From contig JBMNJZ010000001.1 of assembly GCA_050951925.1 (NCBI GenBank), positions 1,491,015-1,555,014 on the forward strand: 64,000 nucleotides of DNA. Direction: 5' to 3'. The DNA is from Saccharofermentanales bacterium. GTDB lineage: Bacteria > Bacillota > Clostridia > Saccharofermentanales > DTU023. The translations under genes were made by a program, and so were the position numbers. The first letter of the stretch is position 1. Each line of letters opens with the position of its first letter. The notes beneath the pieces are model-generated. The model did not search any database. It was not told where the DNA came from and was given only the letters and a program-made list of their open reading frames with translations. Of the stretch, positions 38,925 to 48,773 are shown one piece after another.

Positions 38925-41594
38925 CTATGCTTTAATTTCTCCCCAGCTTTGCCCGCTGGCAACTTCGGCAACCAGAGGCACAGAGAGTGACATTGCATCA
39001 ACCATGCTCTCCTGTAAAATCTTAGCTGCGGTCTCTGCATCTTGGATGGAAGCTTCAACCAATAATTCATCATGGACTTGTAAAACCAGATGGGCATCCA
39101 AATTGTTTTTAATGAAGGCATCATGGATCCGTACCATCGCAATTTTGATCAGGTCCGCAGCGGTTCCTTGAACCGGAGCATTGGCCGCAGCTCGTTCCCC
39201 AAAGTTCCTCACATTTGTGTCGGAAGACTTCAGTTCTGCAACATAGCGTCTTCGTCCTAATAGAGTTTCAACATAACCCTGATCATATGCCAGCTTAATA
39301 GTATTGTTCAACCATTCTCTAACTTTCTGATAGCGAGCGTCATAGGCGGCGATATAGTCATGAGCCTTGCCGATAGATATACCCAGATCCCGAGCCAAGC
39401 CAAAATCACTGATGCCGTACACAATGCTAAAGTTGACGGTCTTGGCTATATCTCTTTGCTCAGCATTTACTTCTGCCACAGGAACAGAAAAAAGAGAGCT
39501 GGCGGTTGCTTTATGAACATCAATATCCTCGGCGAAAGCTTGCAGCAAATTCGGATCCTGAGATAAATGAGCCAGTATCCTCAGCTCAATCTGCGCATAA
39601 TCAGCATCAAGCAAAATATAACCGGGAGCAGCCACAAAAATATTGCGAATTTCCCGCCCTCGTTTAGTGCGGATCGGAATATTCTGAAGATTAGGATTTG
39701 AGCTGGACAAACGCCCGGTAGAAGTCAGTGTCTGATGATAGCTTGTGCGCACGCGACCATCCGCATCTACAGCTTGACTTAAGCCCTCGAGAAAAGTAGA
39801 TTTCAATTTTGACAAGCTCCGATGCTCAAGTATTAAAGGTATAATCGGATGGCTGAATTGCAAAGCTTCCAGCTCATCAGCAGCAGTAGAATACTGCCCG
39901 GTTTTTGTCTTGCGCCCCGGCGGAAGCCCAAGCTCCTCAAACAGCACAATGCCTAGCTGCTTGGGCGAATTTAGATTAAATTCATGACCTGCCAAAGTAA
40001 ATATTTCCTCTTCCAACACGGAAATATCCGTAGCCATTCTGTCTGTCTGTGACCTTAGTTCAGCTTGATCCAGGGTAATCCCTTTTGCCTCCATATCGGC
40101 CAGGACGCCGGCCAGAGAAAACTCTAACGCAAGTAAGCGCTCCAGTTTCAAATCCACTGCCATTTTCTCCTGCTTGTTTCTGACAGCGATCATTTGTTGC
40201 GCCCGATAAAAAATTCGGCTTTGCTCAGCCTCTGTTAAAGCAGTCTGATGTTCTAAGCCTTCCAACAGTGAGATTTGCGCATCGGCCACATGCTCAAACA
40301 GTGGATATGGCTGATAATCAGAAGCCAGAGTCCTACTCAATACAGACTCAAGTTGAATCTGTCCCTCCATCTGATCAAGCAGATACGCCGCAATTTTTAA
40401 ATCAAAAGGCGGTTTTTTATAGGCTTTTTGTTTGAACTGGCGTAGAAAGTTTTTGTAGTCCCAGATTGTAAGCTTTCTGTCAGACAATTCAGATAGGAAC
40501 TTTACAGCATCAGCGCCAGGCAGATGCATTACACAGCCTTCAGATGAAATCAAGCTGACCACATGGTCATTCTGTTCCTCCCAGGCGATAACAATCTCCT
40601 GATCTTTGCAATGCAGTAGAAACTCCTCTTTGTTGCTGAACTCAGTCTGCTCTTTTCCCGTTATGCTGCTATCCCGGCTCAACTTTATACTCCAATCAGC
40701 CAGTGCTTGCTCCAGGCCAAATCTGGGAATCATGCTCTTAAAGTCCAAGCGCAGAAAGAACTGTAACAGTTCAGAATCAGATTGCCTAAAATTAATATCA
40801 GTAAGATACTCTGGCAAATCAGGTATCGGAACCGCAAGCTCTATCTTGGCCAGATCATAAGATAATCTGGCCATATCCTCCTCTGCCCGGATCTTTTCTC
40901 CCAGCGCTCCGTTTATCTGATCCGCATTAGCAAGAACAGTTTCCAAATTCCCGTGCTCATGCAGAAGCTTAAGTGCTGTCTTCTCGCCTACGCCCTTAAT
41001 ACCGGGTATCCCGTCTGAACTGTCACCCATAAGTGCCTTTAAATCGACAACCTGTTCCGGAATCAGACCATATCTATCGGCCAGCACTTCGAGATTAATC
41101 ACTTCCTGCTGAGTTAGACCACTGCGACTAACCGGCATCAACACTTCCGTGTTTTTATTAATAAGCTGGAAAGTATCACGGTCGCCGGAAACGATAGTAA
41201 CCTTATAACCTTGTTCTACAGCTATATGTGCCATTGTGCCAATCAGATCATCAGCTTCATAACCTGACACTTCATATCTTTTGACTCCCAGGGCATCAAG
41301 GAGTTCTTTGGCCAGAGGCATTTGCAGGACCAGTTCATCCGGCATTTTCTTGCGGTCCCCTTTATATTCGCGATACATCTCATGTCTAAATGTCGGTTCA
41401 GGACGGTCAAATAAGGCAAATATAAGATCCGGCTGAATAAGGTCACGGTAGCGCAAAAACATATTTAAAAATGCATAGACGGCTCCGGTAGGGGTGCCGT
41501 CAGCTGAATTAAGATTCTGACGCCCCGCTAAACCATAATAAGCACGGTTCATTAGACTGTTGCCATCAAGCAACATTACAGTCTTATCTGTCAA
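38925..41594 (-). CDS. polA: DNA polymerase I
   Basis: 889 aa. A 5'-3' exonuclease N-terminus (LLDGNSLMNRAYY), and polymerase motifs A (LLDADYAQIELRILAH), B (RDIAKTVNFSIVYG) and C (VLQVHDELLVE). Confidence 0.95.
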   Translation of the reverse strand: MTDKTVMLLDGNSLMNRAYYGLAGRQNLNSADGTPTGAVYAFLNMFLRYRDLIQPDLIFALFDRPEPTFRHEMYREYKGDRKKMPDELVLQMPLAKELLDALGVKRYEVSGYEADDLIGTMAHIAVEQGYKVTIVSGDRDTFQLINKNTEVLMPVSRSGLTQQEVINLEVLADRYGLIPEQVVDLKALMGDSSDGIPGIKGVGEKTALKLLHEHGNLETVLANADQINGALGEKIRAEEDMARLSYDLAKIELAVPIPDLPEYLTDINFRQSDSELLQFFLRLDFKSMIPRFGLEQALADWSIKLSRDSSITGKEQTEFSNKEEFLLHCKDQEIVIAWEEQNDHVVSLISSEGCVMHLPGADAVKFLSELSDRKLTIWDYKNFLRQFKQKAYKKPPFDLKIAAYLLDQMEGQIQLESVLSRTLASDYQPYPLFEHVADAQISLLEGLEHQTALTEAEQSRIFYRAQQMIAVRNKQEKMAVDLKLERLLALEFSLAGVLADMEAKGITLDQAELRSQTDRMATDISVLEEEIFTLAGHEFNLNSPKQLGIVLFEELGLPPGRKTKTGQYSTAADELEALQFSHPIIPLILEHRSLSKLKSTFLEGLSQAVDADGRVRTSYHQTLTSTGRLSSSNPNLQNIPIRTKRGREIRNIFVAAPGYILLDADYAQIELRILAHLSQDPNLLQAFAEDIDVHKATASSLFSVPVAEVNAEQRDIAKTVNFSIVYGISDFGLARDLGISIGKAHDYIAAYDARYQKVREWLNNTIKLAYDQGYVETLLGRRRYVAELKSSDTNVRNFGERAAANAPVQGTAADLIKIAMVRIHDAFIKNNLDAHLVLQVHDELLVEASIQDAETAAKILQESMVDAMSLSVPLVAEVASGQSWGEIKA

Positions 41595-41617
41595 ATTATT
41601 ACCTCTTTCTTCAGGAA

Positions 41618-42634
41618 CTATTTTGCCAGCAGCCAGATCAGAATATGATCTCCGGGTCCGGTCCAGTTGACAGTATCTATAATCTGATCAGCTGTCTGTT
41701 TTAATTGTGCCTCAGTAGCTGAAAGAAATTCAAGCATATCCTTGCTGCTTCTAATCAGATCAAATGACAAGCCTTTTTTCTTCAGAAGAGATTCCGTCTG
41801 AGTTATATAAGACGGTTGTTCCTCAGGAAAGTCTATTGACAGACATAGATATCCCAACCAGGCAGTTTGAGTCGGGGAATTGTTTTGATAGAAAGTCAGA
41901 TTGATTTCTTCGCTGCCGCCGATTTGAGCAATAGAATCCCGCAACTCAGATATCTGAGCATTATTTACTCTGATCCATTGAGCTTGCTCCAGGATCTGCA
42001 CAAAGAGATTGTTCCATTGATCAAAATCCTCTTGGGCTTTGACGGCAAAAGTGCAAGACATGGTCGCAGCAAGTGATTCAGCCGGATTACCATGTTCTTC
42101 AGCAGAATCAGCCATTGTTTCCTTATCACATTCTGCCCCCGTGGGAACAGGTGATTTTGTTTCAGTTGACCTTAGATGATCCCGGCTGGCATCTTCATCG
42201 GCAATAGCTAGCTCCGGCGCCAAAAATTCCCCGGGATTTGTAAATATGCCTTTTTCTAGCGTAGAGACGGCATCTTTTGCTCTAAACAAATTTGCCACTT
42301 GTATCAAGCCAAGAGAAAGCAAAAAAACTGCTGCAACAGGAGCGACGAATTTGAGAAGGAATTGACCGGCATTTAATGATTTGGACGTCTGTGTTTCAAC
42401 AAGATTAAGAGTTGGTTGATTCATATTTTTTAAGACATTAGCCTTAATGCGCTTCCTTTGCTCATCCGTCAAGGATTTCCGGCTGACAATATCTGTTTCA
42501 GCACGGAACCGAGCCAGTAAAAACTGCCCTTGCTCAACCAGCTTCTGATCCGGCTGCCCGGAAATACTCTCCTTTTGCTGATAATTTATATTTTTCTCAT
42601 CTATGCTCATATCTGCACTCACACCTATTGTCAA
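41618..42634 (-). CDS. Hypothetical single-pass membrane protein, putative anti-sigma partner
   Basis: It lies directly downstream of the ECF sigma gene. It has one TM (FVAPVAAVFLLSLGLIQV) after a cytoplasmic segment of about 90 aa. I could not see an HxxxCxxC zinc anti-sigma motif. Confidence 0.35.
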   Translation of the reverse strand: MTIGVSADMSIDEKNINYQQKESISGQPDQKLVEQGQFLLARFRAETDIVSRKSLTDEQRKRIKANVLKNMNQPTLNLVETQTSKSLNAGQFLLKFVAPVAAVFLLSLGLIQVANLFRAKDAVSTLEKGIFTNPGEFLAPELAIADEDASRDHLRSTETKSPVPTGAECDKETMADSAEEHGNPAESLAATMSCTFAVKAQEDFDQWNNLFVQILEQAQWIRVNNAQISELRDSIAQIGGSEEINLTFYQNNSPTQTAWLGYLCLSIDFPEEQPSYITQTESLLKKKGLSFDLIRSSKDMLEFLSATEAQLKQTADQIIDTVNWTGPGDHILIWLLAK

Positions 42635-42667
42635 TCATTGCTGTCATCCATTTGACGAAGGATCGGA

Positions 42668-43246
42668 TTAAATGGTTCCCGGATTTAATATTTTATTGTC
42701 TTCTCTTTCTTGCATATTTTGTGCCAACTGCGCTCTGCCACGACTTAATCTGGACTTAACCGTTCCAGCGGGAACATCCTGCAGTGCAGCGATTTCATTG
42801 ACACTGAAACCGCCCAGCTCAAATAAAATCACGGTATCCCGGAAAGGTTCCGGCAAACTCAGCAAGGCGGTACGAATCTCTGATACAGTCTCAGCGCGTT
42901 CAGCTTCCTCGCTCACGGGAATTTGATTCTGAACCGGTAATCCTGAGTAGTCATCAGCCCAAAGATCTTCTTTTTGCCTGCTCTTATGACGAAGAAAATC
43001 GTAGCAGATATTGATGGTAATACGATAGCACCAAGTAAAAAAAGAAGCTTTTCCGGCAAAGCTATTGAGACTGTTCATAATTCTGATCAGAGAGTTCTGC
43101 AAACAGTCTTCGGCATCAAAAGAATTGCTCGTCATTTTTAGACATAAGGGATAAAGCCTCGACATCAAGGCTTCCAACATTTGATCTATCGCTTCAGAAT
43201 CTCCCTCCTTAGCAGCTTGAAGCCATTGTATCCACGGAGCTTCCAT
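42668..43246 (-). CDS. ECF-type RNA polymerase sigma-70 family factor
   Basis: 192 aa. Region 2 (DAEDCLQNSLIRIM) and a region 4 HTH (SVNEIAALQDVPAGTVKSRLSRGRAQL). Confidence 0.85.
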   Translation of the reverse strand: MEAPWIQWLQAAKEGDSEAIDQMLEALMSRLYPLCLKMTSNSFDAEDCLQNSLIRIMNSLNSFAGKASFFTWCYRITINICYDFLRHKSRQKEDLWADDYSGLPVQNQIPVSEEAERAETVSEIRTALLSLPEPFRDTVILFELGGFSVNEIAALQDVPAGTVKSRLSRGRAQLAQNMQEREDNKILNPGTI

Positions 43247-43277
43247 CTTGAACTAAGTTTAACATTTATTCACAGTA

Positions 43278-44690
43278 TTAGGGCAAATCCCGTTTCGCCG
43301 CATAACTTAGTAAATCGCCGGCCAGTTGTGCGGCAGCACGGCTTTCATCCTCTAAAACAACCGCAATGGCTATTGGATGAGTTTCCGAAATCAGATAGCC
43401 CGTAAAAAGGGAATTAACAACTGGTTTTCCTTCAGAATCAATCATTTCAGCGGTACCTGTCTTGCCGGCGATTTTCAGCCCATCACGATAGGCTCTTTTA
43501 CCTGTGCCTGAGGATACGGTGTCCAGCATCAATTTCTCAATTGCCGCAGCTATGTGCTGATCACAGCAAATAAAATACTGCTCCGGATTTCTCTCCTGAC
43601 CGGTAACACCTGTAGGATCAATTTCTTGTCTGAGCAGATGCGGCTTCATCAATACTCCTTCGTTAGCAATGGCACCGGACAACATAGCCAGATGTACAGG
43701 ACTGAGAGTAAGTCTATCGCGGCCTATAGGTTGGCCAACACCTGCCCAAGATAGCGCGCCTATACCAGGCTCTGTTAGATCAATAATACTAGTAGCAATC
43801 TTAAGGCGATCAACAAACAATTCTTGATTAAAACCAAAGTCTTTTGCCTGTTCAAGTAAACGTTCACGCCCTAACTCGACCGCTAACTTGCCGAAGAAAG
43901 CATTGCAGCTTTTAGAAAATGCCTTAGCCAGATCAACTCTGCCATGTCCCTCCGGCGTCAGCGTTTCTTTAGCTCCGGCAGACACTATCGGTTCTTTGCC
44001 CTTACAATCAACTGTCATTGTCACATCGAGTTTACTATCTGACAAGAGAGCAGCTGCAGGGATGATTTTGAAAGTAGAGCCCGGCAAATAGCGCCCGAAA
44101 AGAGCTCTGTTAAACAATGAACCTTCAACAATATTTGTCCAGTCAATAATATCTTGCGGATATAAGCGCGGCGAACTCACCAGAGCCAAAATATCTCCTG
44201 TCCGGTAATTGAGCATCACAATGCTGCCATGATAGTCTGACAATAACCGGTCCGCTTTCAACATAAGCTTTGAATCCACTGTCAGAATCAGATCATTACC
44301 TGTAAAGCCTTGTCTTTTGATGTCAAGTAACAGTTGTGTAAAAAAGGGACGAGAAGTTCCAAGCAATTCCGGCATATATACTGACTCAATGCCGAAAGGC
44401 AAGCGATGAGTATAGTCTCCGACTAAATGCAGGCAGGCTCTGGCTAAAGCGGGATCAGCAGCATATTCTCTTTCGCCATTTTTACTGTGTGCCAGCAGAA
44501 CCCTATCCGCGCTCAGAATACTACCTGCACGGCTATATCTTTGCCTTAGAGCTTGTTTGTTCTCCCCTGCTGCCACTGAGAGCTCTTGCTGGCTCCTCTT
44601 TTGTTGCACAAAGAGACCGGCAAGCAGGAAAGCAACCAGCAGAACCAAAAGAACCGTTACAATTTTTAGATTGCGTAAAAATTGTTTCAT
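43278..44690 (-). CDS. Class B penicillin-binding protein (peptidoglycan D,D-transpeptidase, PbpA/PBP2-like)
   Basis: N-terminal TM anchor, SxxK (GSTFK), SxN (SCN) and KTG (GKTGTAE) motifs. Confidence 0.88.
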   Translation of the reverse strand: MKQFLRNLKIVTVLLVLLVAFLLAGLFVQQKRSQQELSVAAGENKQALRQRYSRAGSILSADRVLLAHSKNGEREYAADPALARACLHLVGDYTHRLPFGIESVYMPELLGTSRPFFTQLLLDIKRQGFTGNDLILTVDSKLMLKADRLLSDYHGSIVMLNYRTGDILALVSSPRLYPQDIIDWTNIVEGSLFNRALFGRYLPGSTFKIIPAAALLSDSKLDVTMTVDCKGKEPIVSAGAKETLTPEGHGRVDLAKAFSKSCNAFFGKLAVELGRERLLEQAKDFGFNQELFVDRLKIATSIIDLTEPGIGALSWAGVGQPIGRDRLTLSPVHLAMLSGAIANEGVLMKPHLLRQEIDPTGVTGQERNPEQYFICCDQHIAAAIEKLMLDTVSSGTGKRAYRDGLKIAGKTGTAEMIDSEGKPVVNSLFTGYLISETHPIAIAVVLEDESRAAAQLAGDLLSYAAKRDLP

Positions 44691-44713
44691 GCCTTAATAT
44701 GCAATCTCACTTT

Positions 44714-46534
44714 CTAACTTCTGGACAAATAGCCTAAAGTTGAAGTATCAACTCCATCTGTTTTAGAACGTCGATAACCTCCCTTTTCTCTTCTGGCAGC
44801 CACTCCCAGTAAGAGTCCGGACATCAGAAATTTGGCCAGCAGCGAGCTGCCGCCACGGGCAATAAATGGCAGGGTAATTCCAGTCAGAGGTATCAGTCCG
44901 GTAGTGCCGCCAATCGCAATGATCGCTTCCATAAAAAAGGCGGTTGTCAGAGCCAAAGTCAGGCTGACACTATAGCCATCCCGCCCTTTCATGACCGCGG
45001 TAATCCCGGACAGCCAAATAGCAAAGAAGAGAATAATGATGGCAATCCCTGTGATCAGGCCCAATTCTTCGCAGACGATAGAAAAAACCATATCCTCTGC
45101 AGCCAGCGGAATCGACTCGGGAGCTCCCCTTGTCAGGCCTTGGCCAATAGCCCCGCCTCTGCTCACAGCTTGCAAGGCATAGACAATCTGACTGTTTTGC
45201 GGATTAACCTCTTCCCATAGGGAGATCCAGCCATAAATTCGCCTCTGCACATACGGCATACTGTGATAGGCAAAAACACTGGCGCCGGCTCCTAAAACCA
45301 GTACTAATGATGTGAGCAGATACTCCGAGGTCATAACCGCAAAAACAACCAGAGTAACCGGCAGCAGAATCATTGCAGAACCAAGATCCGGCAGCAACAA
45401 CAATAAACCAAAATTTACTGCTGCCCAAATCGCAAAGCGAATTTGAATTTTCAATGGCGGCCTTGTCTTAAAAAATGCAGCCAGAACTAACAGCCAGCCG
45501 ACTTTGGCAAATTCTGTCAGTTGTATAGAACGTGATCCTATATAAATCCATAGACCTGCACCATGTGTCTCTTGACCACGCCCCAAGATGAATGTCAGAA
45601 GCAGGCTCAGAGTTGTAGAGATCATTGCAATCAGACCCAGTTTTTCCAACAATCTGGTCTTGGCTGAAATCAAACTTATGACTACAATGAGCAAAAGACC
45701 AGCCACAATGATCAGGCATAGTTGACGCCAATCTGATAATCGTGTAAGAATTGCTTGCTCTTTTTTGTCTCCGGTGACTCTTAATCCCCAAAAAGAAAAT
45801 CTTGTTTGTATAATAAACCCCGTCAGATACAGAGCTTTAAGCGCAAGAAAAATGTCTCTGCTGAAATTTTTGAGTAACAAATTCAGAAGCAGAAACACCA
45901 GATCGGACGCTGCCAACACCAACACGCTAAATGCAATAATGAAAGAACGATGTGGCAGGAAAGATTCCGGCAGCGTATAGACCAGAATGCCCATACATAG
46001 TAGAAAAAACAGATGGAGCAGAATTAAGGTCACAAACATTTGACCACTTGTAGTTGCGGTAATATTATCTAAGGCATCTTTATAACCATCATCAGGCAAA
46101 TATTTCCTATCATCAACCAGGGTCAGCTTGGTACTGCCCAGACCAATAACATCATTATTTTTAATTTGGGTTCTTCTATTTGCCGGCTGCCCATTAATCC
46201 AAATCAAGGAACGTTTAGAAACAGGTTCTAAAAACCATGCGCCATCATAGAGAAACAGTTGGGCATGTCTTCTTCTGACACCCCTGTCACGCAGGCGTAC
46301 ATCGGCAAAGCTTGCAGTTCCAATCAAATTGGTATGAAAGAGCCTTTCCGGCAAAAAACTCTTTTCTTTTAGGCTTTCACGCAATAAAAAGAAATAAGTT
46401 GCCGGTTGCGCCGAAATTTTCATTTGTACCCTAACAGCTCGCCAGACTCGTATTAACAACAAAAATGCAATAAGGAACAGAAACGGACCTGTCAAGTAGC
46501 GCAAATAATAACTTAAATGGGTTATGAAAGACAT
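44714..46534 (-). CDS. FHA domain fused to a SEDS-family (FtsW/RodA/SpoVE) peptidoglycan polymerase
   Basis: 606 aa. An N-terminal TM is followed by an FHA-like segment (NLIGTASFADVRLRDRGVRRRHAQLFLYDGAWFLEPVSKRSLIWINGQPA...NDVIGLGSTKLTLV). About 10 SEDS TM helices follow, with a conserved C-terminal region (GGTTGLIPLTGITLPFIARGGSSLL). Confidence 0.85.
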   Translation of the reverse strand: MSFITHLSYYLRYLTGPFLFLIAFLLLIRVWRAVRVQMKISAQPATYFFLLRESLKEKSFLPERLFHTNLIGTASFADVRLRDRGVRRRHAQLFLYDGAWFLEPVSKRSLIWINGQPANRRTQIKNNDVIGLGSTKLTLVDDRKYLPDDGYKDALDNITATTSGQMFVTLILLHLFFLLCMGILVYTLPESFLPHRSFIIAFSVLVLAASDLVFLLLNLLLKNFSRDIFLALKALYLTGFIIQTRFSFWGLRVTGDKKEQAILTRLSDWRQLCLIIVAGLLLIVVISLISAKTRLLEKLGLIAMISTTLSLLLTFILGRGQETHGAGLWIYIGSRSIQLTEFAKVGWLLVLAAFFKTRPPLKIQIRFAIWAAVNFGLLLLLPDLGSAMILLPVTLVVFAVMTSEYLLTSLVLVLGAGASVFAYHSMPYVQRRIYGWISLWEEVNPQNSQIVYALQAVSRGGAIGQGLTRGAPESIPLAAEDMVFSIVCEELGLITGIAIIILFFAIWLSGITAVMKGRDGYSVSLTLALTTAFFMEAIIAIGGTTGLIPLTGITLPFIARGGSSLLAKFLMSGLLLGVAARREKGGYRRSKTDGVDTSTLGYLSRS

Positions 46535-46552
46535 TAAATCGGCTCCGATTTA

Positions 46553-48421
46553 CTATTGTGCAGCTTTCGGATTGATAAGATGGATTAGTTCGTGCATATG
46601 CTGATTCAGTTCATTGGCATTTTGAGGGCATTTGATCAATTTTTTCAGATGATCCCATTCCTGCTCCAACATCTCAGTGGTATTAATTTGGTCGAGAATA
46701 TAGATCTCGGAATGCTCGGTCTGGATTTTCTCTTCATCCAGGAACAATTCCTCTGCCATTTTTTCTCCCGGACGCAAACCCACAAACTGGATTGGTATAT
46801 CAACATTTGGCTCATAACCGCTGAGCCGTATCAAATCAGTTGCTAAGTCGACTATCTTGACTGGTTGACCCATGTCAAGGATAAATATTTCTCCGCCCTT
46901 GGCAAAGCAACTTGCCTGCACTACCAGAGAGGAGGCTTCCGGGATTGTCATAAAAAAGCGTTTGATATCAGGATGTGTTACGGTTACCCGCTTCTCTGTT
47001 TGAATCTGCTTCTTAAATAAAGGTATGACACTACCCTCACTGCCCAGCACATTGCCGAATCTGACACAGGCAAAGGTAGTAGCAGGGTACTTCATATTAA
47101 TAGCAAGGGTTGTGATCTCTGCCAGCCTTTTTGTAGCGCCCATAACATTGGTCGGATTGACTGCTTTATCCGTGGAAATAAGCACAAACTTTTCTGCTTT
47201 ATGCTTGCCGGCAGAATCAGCTACATTAAATGTGCCATAAACATTATTCTTAACTGCTTCACATGGATTATCTTCCATCAAAGGAACATGCTTGTGGGCA
47301 GCCGCGTGATATACCAGGTCGGGTTTCCAGACTTTAAAAATTTCATCGATCCGTTCTCTATCACGCACAGATCCGATCAGCACTTTAGTCTTAACGACAG
47401 GATAATCCCTGCTCAGCTCCAATTGCAGTGAGTAGGCATTATTTTCATAAATGTCAAAAATCAGGATCGTCGAAGGCAAAAAGGAGGCAATCTGTCGACA
47501 CAACTCCGCGCCGATCGAGCCACCCCCTCCCGTGACCAATACTGTTTTATTTTTTATTTTTTCACTTATGCCTGCAGTGTCCAAAACAACCGGATCACGG
47601 CCCAAAAGATCTTGAATGTCAATATCCCTCATCTCGCCAATATTGGAACGCCCTTCCATTGAATTGCTTAGGAAGGGGACTATTTTGATCTCACATTTTG
47701 TCTGTTGACAGATCTTAATTATCTCGCGGATGTTTTTGCTGGAGGCACTGGGTATAGCCAAGATGATTTCATCAATCTTATACTCCTTGGCCAGATCCGG
47801 GATATCGTGCCTGGTACCAAGAACAGGAACACCATTTACTTTATAAGTTTGCTTGAGCTTATTGTCATCAACCGCAAGCAGAGGAATTCGCTTATTTTGC
47901 CTTCGCAACTCTGTAATCAATTGACTGCTCGCCATACCGGCTCCAACAATCATAACGCGGATTAAAGATTCGGAGGATAATCTCCTATTATCACGATGCC
48001 GGCGTGATAGAACACTCTTCGATCCGGTTAGGCGGTAGATAAAACGAATTGCCGCAACTGCGGTAAAAAGCAAAAACCAATAGATCACATAAATTTGGAA
48101 AGGCAATCTTTGTCCGATAATCTGGGTAATAATTAAGGACACAAGCATCTGAAATGTCACACCAGCCACCAGAATCAGATAGGTCACTCCGCTTGCATAG
48201 GCCCACATTTGATCATAGAAACCGACCAGATAAAAAACCGCGATTGAGGTCAATAGATAGATATACCAAGTATCTTTGAAACGCTCAAAAATTTTTGGTG
48301 TCAAGTGCAACTCCGTCTGGAATAGCAAAAAGGCTAAGAACAAAGCAATAACTGATGCTATTGCATCATAAGCCAGAAGAAACGCTTTCTTGGGTGTAAT
48401 TCTGCGGTTAGGTTTTCTCAT
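46553..48421 (-). CDS. Membrane-bound CapD/PglF/WbpM-like nucleotide-sugar 4,6-dehydratase (polysaccharide biosynthesis protein)
   Basis: 622 aa. Four N-terminal TM helices, a first Rossmann fold IVGAGMAS, and the SDR domain VTGGGGSIG. Confidence 0.85.
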   Translation of the reverse strand: MRKPNRRITPKKAFLLAYDAIASVIALFLAFLLFQTELHLTPKIFERFKDTWYIYLLTSIAVFYLVGFYDQMWAYASGVTYLILVAGVTFQMLVSLIITQIIGQRLPFQIYVIYWFLLFTAVAAIRFIYRLTGSKSVLSRRHRDNRRLSSESLIRVMIVGAGMASSQLITELRRQNKRIPLLAVDDNKLKQTYKVNGVPVLGTRHDIPDLAKEYKIDEIILAIPSASSKNIREIIKICQQTKCEIKIVPFLSNSMEGRSNIGEMRDIDIQDLLGRDPVVLDTAGISEKIKNKTVLVTGGGGSIGAELCRQIASFLPSTILIFDIYENNAYSLQLELSRDYPVVKTKVLIGSVRDRERIDEIFKVWKPDLVYHAAAHKHVPLMEDNPCEAVKNNVYGTFNVADSAGKHKAEKFVLISTDKAVNPTNVMGATKRLAEITTLAINMKYPATTFACVRFGNVLGSEGSVIPLFKKQIQTEKRVTVTHPDIKRFFMTIPEASSLVVQASCFAKGGEIFILDMGQPVKIVDLATDLIRLSGYEPNVDIPIQFVGLRPGEKMAEELFLDEEKIQTEHSEIYILDQINTTEMLEQEWDHLKKLIKCPQNANELNQHMHELIHLINPKAAQ

Positions 48422-48435
48422 AATAGCTGATCAGA

Positions 48436-48663
48436 TTAGCTTGCGTGCTTCTCCAAATACTGATTTAAATCCCGGACAAGCGCCGCTGCATCAATGCCAT
48501 GCACCTGACAAGCCTGCTCCAGGGTTTCATGACGAGCCATAACACAGCCCAAACAATATAAGCCATAGGCAAAGAATACTCCTGCCAGGTTCTGATCTTG
48601 TTCTATAATATCGGAAACCAACATATCTTTAGTAACCCGTGCGGTCATAGTATTTACCCCCAA
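48436..48663 (-). CDS. DUF1858-type small redox-disulfide protein (hybrid-cluster-protein-associated domain)
   Basis: About 70 aa with the CxxC pair in GLYCLGCVMARHETLEQAC and the ITKDM-like N-terminus (VTKDMLVSDII). The start may be the second Met (48648). Confidence 0.7.
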   Translation of the reverse strand: MGVNTMTARVTKDMLVSDIIEQDQNLAGVFFAYGLYCLGCVMARHETLEQACQVHGIDAAALVRDLNQYLEKHAS

Positions 48664-48773
48664 TCAGCACGAAAAACCAATAATTATACTAATTTATAGT
48701 ATCTTACCACTTAAAAAACCGCAACAATTATCGGTGGAAAGGCTCAAAACATTGAAGTTAGGCACTTTCAGGC

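Noticed and set aside
38918-39142. An N-terminal 75-codon extension of the coaE ORF.
   Set aside because: It overlaps the 3' end of polA in another frame. The canonical dephospho-CoA kinase P-loop start MFIIGITGGIGSGKTT begins at 38917.
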